Shown one piece after another: positions 37,921-45,159 of a stretch of 64,000 bases of DNA (position 1 is its first letter; the number at the start of each line of letters is the position of its first letter). The stretch is from a virus. Lineage: Duplodnaviria; Caudoviricetes. The notes under the pieces are model-generated. The model was not told the DNA's origin. It saw only the letters and a list, made by a program, of their open reading frames with translations, and ran no database searches. The stretch lies in IMG/VR virus record IMGVR_UViG_2627853766_000003, one strand, 5' to 3'. The position numbers and the translations under genes are program-made.

Positions 37921-38288
37921 TGAGCGACAAGATATTCAACCTCAAGGATCTGGAGAAGATGCTACGGCCTGGTGCTGATCCTCTGGCGCGCAAGTTGTTC
38001 GAGCAGCGCATGGAAGAGGAAGCGGCTGAGGATGTGCGTGAAGCAGCAGCGGGCGGACTGAAGTTTGGTCCACCGCCTGTTCCTGACGCCCAGCTGGTCT
38101 ACAGCCCAGCCTCAAACAAAGTCGGGGTGGCCATCCGGGGCGCCCAGCGTATCTGTGAGCTGCCGAAGGAATACACCGGCACCGGCATGGAGCTGGCGCT
38201 GATCCCCGGCAATCGTTTGATCGTGACTCACCCGAACCACTCGCCACTGTTGATCGATCCACAGACCGGCACAACAAGGAAACTGTGA
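37917..38288 (+). CDS. Hypothetical phage protein
   Basis: Coupled to the portal gene. Confidence 0.6.
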   Translation: MMSDKIFNLKDLEKMLRPGADPLARKLFEQRMEEEAAEDVREAAAGGLKFGPPPVPDAQLVYSPASNKVGVAIRGAQRICELPKEYTGTGMELALIPGNRLIVTHPNHSPLLIDPQTGTTRKL

Positions 38289-38452
38289 TGCCTGAAATCA
38301 ATCCACAGATCATGCAGCAAGTGGCGCAAGGTCAGCAGCCAGGACCAGTGCAGCCACCGGTTGCAACGAAGCCAGTGAAGAAGGGCAAGAAGGGCGCTCA
38401 AGCCAATCCTGCCCAGACCGTTTATCCCAACCTACCTACACAGGGGCAATGA
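38288..38452 (+). CDS. 54-aa Gln/Pro/Lys-rich protein (not in the ORF track) with scaffold-like C-terminal motif
   Basis: MPEINPQIMQQVAQGQQPGPVQPPVATKPVKKGKKGAQANPAQTVYPNLPTQGQ; overlaps both neighbours. Confidence 0.7.
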   Translation: MPEINPQIMQQVAQGQQPGPVQPPVATKPVKKGKKGAQANPAQTVYPNLPTQGQ

Positions 38453-38796
38453 TGGCTACTACTGCACACAAAGCACCAGTCGGGCCAAACGGCCCTGTAT
38501 CTCCAGGAAGCACCGTCACGCCGCCGATGTCTGGCAACGCTGGCGCGCCGTCGCAGAAGCGCGACACGTCAGATCCATGGCTCGGCACCAAGGGTGGCAC
38601 GCCATCCAGTCCAGATGTGAGCAAGGGCAGCATGGGCGAAGTCAAGAAGACCGATGCTAAGGATAGCAAGGTGACCAAGGGCATTGCCGACAACAAGGGC
38701 GCGCCCAAGGAATCCGTGATCAGCAAGACAGCGCTGAAGCACAAGACGCCGGCGCAGAAGATGTATCCGTCGCTCAAGACGCAGGACGGGGACTGA
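38449..38796 (+). CDS. Basic low-complexity protein with scaffold-like C-terminal motif
   Basis: Lys/Pro/Gly/Ser-rich; ends KTPAQKMYPSLKTQDGD. Confidence 0.7.
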   Translation: MMATTAHKAPVGPNGPVSPGSTVTPPMSGNAGAPSQKRDTSDPWLGTKGGTPSSPDVSKGSMGEVKKTDAKDSKVTKGIADNKGAPKESVISKTALKHKTPAQKMYPSLKTQDGD

Positions 38797-38797
38797 T

Positions 38798-39046
38798 ATG
38801 GCCAAGCTCACCGCTGCCGATCGCAAGAAGATTCCCGCCAGTCAGTTTGGCGAACCCGGGAAGAAGAAGTATCCGATGCCTGACGCCAGCCACGCCGCGA
38901 ACGCAAAGAGCCGCGCCAGCCAGGCGGTCAACGCAGGCCGCATGTCTAAGGCCGAAGAAGAGAAGATCGACAGCAAGGCTGATGCCGTGCTGGGCAAGAA
39001 GAAGTCCGCAGCAAAAACGCTGTACCCAAACCTCAAAGGAGATTGA
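38798..39046 (+). CDS. DUF6582-like basic protein with scaffold-like C-terminal motif
   Basis: LT...RKKIP.SQFG.P..KKYPMPD.SHA.NA.SR; ends KSAAKTLYPNLKGD. Confidence 0.75.
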   Translation: MAKLTAADRKKIPASQFGEPGKKKYPMPDASHAANAKSRASQAVNAGRMSKAEEEKIDSKADAVLGKKKSAAKTLYPNLKGD

Positions 39047-39279
39047 CCGTGGAACAAACAGAAGCCCAAGCCATCAACGACGGGCACATCATCGAACGCT
39101 TGGAAAGCGGACTACCGGTCTATTTCAGCGTGAAGATCGGGCGCGACTTCGGTCAGCCCGCCGGCGGATGGACCGATGACCGGACCGTCGCCACGGTCTA
39201 CAAGGAATCTGACGCTCTCAATCTCTTATCGAATGGGCTTGCCAGCTTGGCACCGTTCTGCAAGGTGGTGGCCAAATGA
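39043..39279 (+). CDS. Hypothetical phage protein
   Basis: In operon, coupled. Confidence 0.55.
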   Translation: MTVEQTEAQAINDGHIIERLESGLPVYFSVKIGRDFGQPAGGWTDDRTVATVYKESDALNLLSNGLASLAPFCKVVAK

Positions 39280-39947
39280 AAAAAGTTTGCATAGCCGTCC
39301 CATCCGGCGACATGGTGCACGCTGACTTTGCTATGGCACTGGCAGCCGTGGCGTACATGTGCGGCCCACAGCATGGGACAGAAACAATTCCGCTGGCGAT
39401 CACCAACGCCAAGGGTTCGCTGGTTGTCAATAACCGTAACAGGATGGTGGCCGAGGCACAGAAGCTGGATGTCGACTACATATTCTTCGTAGATAGCGAT
39501 GTGGTGCTGCCGAATTGGGCACTGCACCGGCTGCTGGCTGCTGACAAGGATATCGTCGGCGGCACCTATGTGCAGCGCGAAGAGCCGCATTTGATCCTGG
39601 GCAAGACATTGGATGGCACTCTCATTCATGACTCGATGCAGGGAATGGAGATCAAGCCGAACGAGCTGATGGAAGTCGGTGCGCTGCCAGGTGGTTGCAT
39701 GCTGGTCAAGATGTCGGTGTTCGAGAAGATCGGGGCCGCAGAGTCGCCAATTTTCCAAACTCCAGCACGTCGTGAAGACGACGGTACTTGGTGGATTGAA
39801 GGCGAGGATTATTACTTCTGCCGCTGGGCTCGGCAAAGTGGTTATTCAATCTTCCTCGACTGGGGCTTGTCGGTGCACCTTAAACACGTCGGCCAGCAGC
39901 ACAACACCATCCCATTCAAGGAGGCACCAAATGCGCTCGTCAACTGA
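39276..39947 (+). CDS. GT-A fold (family 2-like) glycosyltransferase
   Basis: VCIAVP, NNRN, YIFFVDSD, GCMLVK..VFEKI, GEDYYFC. Confidence 0.85.
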   Translation: MKKVCIAVPSGDMVHADFAMALAAVAYMCGPQHGTETIPLAITNAKGSLVVNNRNRMVAEAQKLDVDYIFFVDSDVVLPNWALHRLLAADKDIVGGTYVQREEPHLILGKTLDGTLIHDSMQGMEIKPNELMEVGALPGGCMLVKMSVFEKIGAAESPIFQTPARREDDGTWWIEGEDYYFCRWARQSGYSIFLDWGLSVHLKHVGQQHNTIPFKEAPNALVN

Positions 39948-40254
39948 AGAAACTGCAGCAGACAACTATGACACTGGAGACCGTAAAGCCGTCGCCGATC
40001 GTGAGAAGCTGGCCAAGGTGCGCGAAGAGAAGCGCATCAACGGCCTGAAGCTGACCATGGCAACGAGCGACGGGCGGCGCTGGATGTGGGCTTTTCTGTC
40101 CAACTGTGGCCTGTTCTCTGTCGAATTCAACGGCAACAGCAAGGACTACTACAACCTCGGCCGCCGCGGCGCTGGCATGCCAGTCATGGCAGAGATCCAG
40201 AAGCACTGCATGGACGAATACATCTTGATGGCTCGGGAGAATGCAAATGTTTAA
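39931..40254 (+). CDS. Bbp19-like phage protein
   Basis: M.T.DGRRWMW.FL..CG.F...F......YN.GRR..G. Confidence 0.8.
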   Translation: MRSSTEETAADNYDTGDRKAVADREKLAKVREEKRINGLKLTMATSDGRRWMWAFLSNCGLFSVEFNGNSKDYYNLGRRGAGMPVMAEIQKHCMDEYILMARENANV

Positions 40255-41008
40255 TCTGTTCAAATTCAATCACCGCCTCCTGGAAGGCGACGACGGCAGC
40301 GGTGCAGCAGCCAGCGCAGCACCTGCTGGTACACCAGCTGCGCCTGCAGCTGCTCCGGCCGCATCGGCACCAGCAGCTGCTCCAGCTGCCGCAGCACCGG
40401 CTGATCCTGGCCTGACGCCACCAGCGAGCATGCTGGATGGTGTTCCAGCACCGGACGGCGCCAAGCCACTAGAAGGCGAAGCACCAAAGCCAGAAGGCGA
40501 AACCAAGCCGCTTGAACCTGTCGAGTACAAGGATTTCGCGCTGCCTGAGGGTATCCACGTACAGCCGGACCGCATGAATGCGTTCAAGGAAGAGGCCGCC
40601 AAGTCTGGCCTTTCCCAAGACGTAGCACAGAAGTTCGTCGACATGTACGCAGAAAATTTCAAGCAACTCAGCGAAGCGCCAATGCGCGCCTGGACTGAGC
40701 TGCAGAACAAGTGGCAGGCAGAAGTCAAGGCAGACCCCGAAATCGGTGGCGCGAACCTCGACAAGAACCTAGCCACGATCAAAAGCGGGTTGAGCAATCT
40801 TCTCGGTGAAGGTGCATCAAAGTTCTACGAGGCGCTTAACTTGACCGGCGCCGGCAACAATCCAGAAATTATCCGTGGACTCCTCAAGGCGGCAGCACCT
40901 CACGCACCCGCCAGTCCGGTAGAAGGTCGACCAGGCGGCAGCAGCAAGTCGGCAGGTTCGATCATGTACCCCACGATGGCAGGGCTGGGCAACGGGCACG
41001 AAACTTAA
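40241..41008 (+). CDS. Capsid scaffolding protein
   Basis: Ala/Pro-rich N-terminus, YKDF.LPEG, W...VKADPEIGG, G.GN.PEII; directly before the capsid gene. Confidence 0.85.
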   Translation: MQMFNLFKFNHRLLEGDDGSGAAASAAPAGTPAAPAAAPAASAPAAAPAAAAPADPGLTPPASMLDGVPAPDGAKPLEGEAPKPEGETKPLEPVEYKDFALPEGIHVQPDRMNAFKEEAAKSGLSQDVAQKFVDMYAENFKQLSEAPMRAWTELQNKWQAEVKADPEIGGANLDKNLATIKSGLSNLLGEGASKFYEALNLTGAGNNPEIIRGLLKAAAPHAPASPVEGRPGGSSKSAGSIMYPTMAGLGNGHET

Positions 41009-41107
41009 TCACTCTACGTTCTGACTCGCACGGCCCCACCTTTACACGGCCACCCGATGAAGACTCAAGACAAGGAGAACCACAAATGAACCACTAAGGA
41101 GCTTCAC

Positions 41108-42151
41108 ATGGCTATTCTCGGCGGCACCGCACTCACGTATGCGGACTGGGCGAAACGCGTAGACGACGATGGCAAGATCGCCACCATCATCAATCTGCTT
41201 TCCCAAACTAATGAAATCCTGGACGACATGCTTGTCGTAGAGGGTAATCTTCCAACCGGTCACAAGACCACCGTTCGTACTGGCTTGCCGTCTGCAACAT
41301 GGCGCCTGCTGAACTACGGTGTCATCAAGACCAAATCCACCACCGCACAGATCACCGACAACTGCGGCATGCTGGAATGCTACTCGGAAATCGATAAGGA
41401 TCTGGCTGACTTGAACGGTAACACCGCCGAGTTCCGCTTGTCCGAAGATATGGCTTTCCTCGAAGGCATGAACCAGCAGATGGCGCAAACACTGTTCTAC
41501 GGGAACACTCTGGTGAACCCCGAGCGCTTCATGGGACTGTCGGCACGCTTCAACACTTCCACCCTGGCCAATGCGCAAACAGCAGCCAACGTCATCAGCG
41601 CTGGCGGCGCCGCATCGACCAACACGTCGATCTGGATCACCTGCTGGGGTCCGAACACGGTGCACGGTATTTTCCCGAAAGGCAAAATCTCCGGACTTCA
41701 GCATCGTGACCTTGGCGAATGGCCGCTGACAGACTCGAACGGCAACATGTATCAGGGCTACCGGACTCACTTCAAGTGGGATATGGGCCTGACCGTTCGC
41801 GACTGGCGTTACGTGGTGCGCATCGCCAACATCGACGTGACACTCTTGTCTGGTGGCTCTGCTGCCAACTTGATTAACGCGCTGATCCGTGGTGTTCACC
41901 GTCTGCCGACTGCCCCTGTGCGTGTATCGACAGAGCAGAAATCCGACGCACCAGACGGCGGCATGATGCAGATGGGCCGTCTTGCCATCTACTGCAACCG
42001 CACCATTCGCACCTACCTCGACATCCAAGCTGTCAACAAGACCAACGTCCTGCTGCGCCTGGAAGAGTGGGAAGGCAAAGCCATCACCACGTTCCGGGGG
42101 ATTCCAGTTCGCACAGTCGATGCGATTCTGTCCACCGAATCGGCCATCTAA
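41108..42151 (+). CDS. Major capsid protein (BPP-1/epsilon15-like)
   Basis: LSQTNEILDDM...EGNLPTGHKTTVRTGLP..TWR.LNYG...FRGIPVR.VDAI..TE. Confidence 0.93.
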   Translation: MAILGGTALTYADWAKRVDDDGKIATIINLLSQTNEILDDMLVVEGNLPTGHKTTVRTGLPSATWRLLNYGVIKTKSTTAQITDNCGMLECYSEIDKDLADLNGNTAEFRLSEDMAFLEGMNQQMAQTLFYGNTLVNPERFMGLSARFNTSTLANAQTAANVISAGGAASTNTSIWITCWGPNTVHGIFPKGKISGLQHRDLGEWPLTDSNGNMYQGYRTHFKWDMGLTVRDWRYVVRIANIDVTLLSGGSAANLINALIRGVHRLPTAPVRVSTEQKSDAPDGGMMQMGRLAIYCNRTIRTYLDIQAVNKTNVLLRLEEWEGKAITTFRGIPVRTVDAILSTESAI

Positions 42152-42163
42152 AAGGAGATCGAC

Positions 42164-42643
42164 ATGCTTATCGATGCATTTTTGGTTTTTGACCAAGGCA
42201 CTTACAGCGCTACCACCGGCATGACCGGCGCTGCGCAGTTCGCCAGCGGCGCGACCACGACCAGCACCAACACGCTGGACATGATCAACGCTCGCGATAT
42301 GGGTGATGCGCCTTCTGGTCCTGGCGAGCTGTCCGTGAACTTTCAAATCACGGCGGCTTATGTGGGGGGCACTTCTGTCAACTTCCAGCTTCAGGGTTCC
42401 ACGGATAACACCACGTGGACAACCTACAGCGAAACCGGCGCGGTGCCGGTCGCCAGCCTGGGCGTAGGTGCGCTGCTTTCATTGCCGCTGCCACCGGTCA
42501 ATCCTGATGCCGGCGCCATTCCTCGCTACTACCGGACCGCGTATGTCAACGTCGGCGCCAACACGGCCGGCTCGGTGATCGCTTGGCTGGGTGCTCGCAC
42601 GTACAGCCAGTACTACAAGCCTGGCATCGTCGTCAATAACTAA
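42164..42643 (+). CDS. Bbp16-like capsid cement protein
   Basis: MLID..L.F...STN..D.....D.G...LQ.S.DN..W.T...RY.R..Y. Confidence 0.8.
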   Translation: MLIDAFLVFDQGTYSATTGMTGAAQFASGATTTSTNTLDMINARDMGDAPSGPGELSVNFQITAAYVGGTSVNFQLQGSTDNTTWTTYSETGAVPVASLGVGALLSLPLPPVNPDAGAIPRYYRTAYVNVGANTAGSVIAWLGARTYSQYYKPGIVVNN

Positions 42644-42648
42644 CCAAT

Positions 42649-42670
42649 AGGGCCGAGGAAACTCGGCCCT
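42649..42670 (+). terminator. GC-rich hairpin after the capsid/cement genes (weak terminator or stabiliser)
   Basis: AGGGCCGAG-GAAA-CTCGGCCCT, no long U tract. Confidence 0.5.
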
Positions 42671-42689
42671 TCACCGAAAGGTATTCATC

Positions 42690-42911
42690 ATGGCAACTGA
42701 AAACATTCAAGCAGCACCTGGCGCAGCCCGTTATGAACTGACGGAAGCCGCTTACATCGACGACAAGCTGCTGGTCGCCGGTCAACAAATCGAGTATGCC
42801 GGCATGCCAGGCTATCACATGGTTCCTTTGAACGACGCCGCCAAGGCCATGTTCAAGAAGCACGGCAAGGAATTTGTCGACCCGATCCTGGCTTTGACGG
42901 CAATCAACTAA
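42690..42911 (+). CDS. Hypothetical virion-region protein
   Basis: RBS; M.PLNDAAKA motif. Confidence 0.65.
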   Translation: MATENIQAAPGAARYELTEAAYIDDKLLVAGQQIEYAGMPGYHMVPLNDAAKAMFKKHGKEFVDPILALTAIN

Positions 42912-42921
42912 GGAGCCTGAC

Positions 42922-43281
42922 ATGGGCATTTTCGCAACTGGCGGAATAGAGCAGGCTGGCTATGTGCTGACAGGCGCGTTGTCGTCTGCCGTCGCTGGCG
43001 CGCAAGCGCCCTTGCTTGGCGACTTCAATATCGCTGTGTGGGGAACCTTCGTTGGCACGCTGACGCTGGAAAACTCCTATGACGCCGGCACAACCTGGAT
43101 CCCGGTGATCAACAAGCACACCGGCAACAACATCACCTGGACGACGCCCGGAGCGCTGCAAGAGGATGAGGTTGAAGCCGGCGTCTACTACCGCCTGCGC
43201 ATGACCGCATTCACAAGTGGCACTGCGAACTGGCGGATTTCGCAAGGAATGAATACTGGAGATCATCGGAGACTCACATGA
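42922..43281 (+). CDS. Putative virion decoration protein
   Basis: FNIAVWGTFVGT.TLE.S.D.G.TW...E.GVYYRL..T..TSG. Confidence 0.65.
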   Translation: MGIFATGGIEQAGYVLTGALSSAVAGAQAPLLGDFNIAVWGTFVGTLTLENSYDAGTTWIPVINKHTGNNITWTTPGALQEDEVEAGVYYRLRMTAFTSGTANWRISQGMNTGDHRRLT

Positions 43282-44063
43282 AAAAATTACTTCTGCTTCT
43301 GGCTGTTCTTGTTGCGTCTACGGCATTCGCCGGCGGCATCTACAACCCCATCAGCGCTACCGATACGATTCAAGTCAACCAGAACGGATATCTCGTCCCG
43401 GTTCCAGTAACTGTTGTTGGTGCATCTGCATCATCGCCAATTGCCGCTATTACGTCGGGGTCCATCAGTGGGTTGTCGCCGCCATTGCCAATTGCCAGCG
43501 GTGGGACTTCCAGCGCTACAGCAACCGGTACTGGCTCAGTTGTCCTGCAAACCTCTCCGACTCTGACCACTCCAGTTATTGGCGCTGCGACAGGCACATC
43601 CCTGTCGCTATCTGGGGTTCTTACGCCATCCACAACAGCCGGCATTGTTGGTACGACATTAGGCGATAGTGCCCAAGCAGGCAGTGTGGGCGAGGTGATT
43701 ACTAGCTCGATTGCAAGCGGGTCGGCGGTAGCACTCACCACTGGCACATCGGCAACCATAACTTCCATTTCGCTGACACCCGGCGACTGGGATGTAACCG
43801 GCTTGGTTGTGACTGGACCAGCTGGAACGACTACACAGACTAATACCGTTGGCGGCATCTCATCCGTGACGAATGCATTTTCTATGGCACAGAGCACTGT
43901 ATATTTGCCATTTGCTGCATCGGCTGGTAATAGCATCGGTATGTCGGTGACGACTAGGATAAATATTTCTTCAACAGCGACCTATTACTTGGTGGTGCAA
44001 TCCACATTCGCCGTGTCTACCAACGGTGGCTACGGCACTATCTTTGCTCGCCGTCGGCGCTAG
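43278..44063 (+). CDS. Ser/Thr-rich fibre-like protein with N-terminal signal-peptide-like sequence
   Basis: MKKLLLLLAVLVASTAFA; LPIASGGT, TGTGSVVL.TSPTL.TP.IGAATG, GTT..D.A.AG.VGE. Confidence 0.7.
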   Translation: MKKLLLLLAVLVASTAFAGGIYNPISATDTIQVNQNGYLVPVPVTVVGASASSPIAAITSGSISGLSPPLPIASGGTSSATATGTGSVVLQTSPTLTTPVIGAATGTSLSLSGVLTPSTTAGIVGTTLGDSAQAGSVGEVITSSIASGSAVALTTGTSATITSISLTPGDWDVTGLVVTGPAGTTTQTNTVGGISSVTNAFSMAQSTVYLPFAASAGNSIGMSVTTRINISSTATYYLVVQSTFAVSTNGGYGTIFARRRR

Positions 44064-44072
44064 GAGACGGTC

Positions 44073-44417
44073 ATGAAGATAGTCGACATGGCACGTAAAG
44101 ACGATGGCCAGGATGCAATGGTATCTGAACCATCACCATACCCTTGTGGGTTACGCATCAGCCTGAACAAGGAAGATCTGGGAAAACTCGGCATCGACGA
44201 GCTGCCAGACCTGGGTACTCAGGTTGCCTTCTACGTTTGCGGTGAGGTCGTCAGCACCAGCGAGTCTAGTGAGTATGGTGATTCGCAATGTCTTGGCGTT
44301 CAGATCCAATGCATGGCGCAGGAGGAACTTCCTGCAGACGAGGAAGAGGAAGCCCAGGACGCGATCAAGGGTGGTTTCAAGGAAGCAGCCAGCAAACTCT
44401 ACAGTAAGCAGAAATAG
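44073..44417 (+). CDS. Acidic head-associated ('staple'-like) protein
   Basis: YP.GL.ISL..E.L.KLGI..LP..G; ends EAASKLYSKQK. Confidence 0.7.
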   Translation: MKIVDMARKDDGQDAMVSEPSPYPCGLRISLNKEDLGKLGIDELPDLGTQVAFYVCGEVVSTSESSEYGDSQCLGVQIQCMAQEELPADEEEEAQDAIKGGFKEAASKLYSKQK

Positions 44418-44419
44418 CC

Positions 44420-45157
44420 ATGGCCAGCCAAATCGACATCTGCAACATGGCCATGTCTGTCATCGGCACGCGGTCGAGCATTGCCAGCATGACCGAGGGC
44501 AGCGCTGAGTCTAACCAGATCAGCCTGCAATACCCGACGGCCATTGATGCTGTGCTGCGCGCCGCTCATTGGAATTTCGCGCGCAAGCAGATTGCAATGA
44601 CGCTCTTGCAGGATGGAACGCAAGGGCAGCCGGTTCCTTCGCCCTGGCTCTATGAATACGCTGTGCCGAGCGACTGCGTGCTGGCGCGTTTCGTAATGCC
44701 GACGATTCAGGCAGCTGTACCTAGTTCTACCCCTGGTATTCCATCGCAGGTTACCGCGATGAACCAACCTGTCCGATTCGTGCTAAGTACCGATCTTGAC
44801 CCGACCGGCAATCCGATCAACGTAATCCTCACCAATCAGCCGCAGGCCACGCTGGTCTATACCTTCCGCAACCTGAACCCAGCAATGTACGATGCGCGGT
44901 TTGTCGAGGCGCTGGCAGCATTCCTTGGCGCCAAGATCTGCATTCCGCTGACTGGCGACAAAGCCATGATGAAGATGGCTCTTGCAATGGCTCAGCAGTA
45001 CACCATGGATGCACAGGCATCCAACGGTAATGAAGGCCTCACCGTAATCGATCATGCGCCTGACTGGATACGCGTACGTGGCTATGCATCTGATTACGCC
45101 TATCCAGATGGAGGCCTGTTTATCTACGGCCCCCAAGCTTTGACATTGCTCTCCTGA
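44420..45157 (+). CDS. Tail adaptor (tubular protein A-like)
   Basis: DICN.A...IG...I.S..E.S...HWNFA...W.Y.Y..P.DC. Confidence 0.85.
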   Translation: MASQIDICNMAMSVIGTRSSIASMTEGSAESNQISLQYPTAIDAVLRAAHWNFARKQIAMTLLQDGTQGQPVPSPWLYEYAVPSDCVLARFVMPTIQAAVPSSTPGIPSQVTAMNQPVRFVLSTDLDPTGNPINVILTNQPQATLVYTFRNLNPAMYDARFVEALAAFLGAKICIPLTGDKAMMKMALAMAQQYTMDAQASNGNEGLTVIDHAPDWIRVRGYASDYAYPDGGLFIYGPQALTLLS

Positions 45158-45159
45158 CC

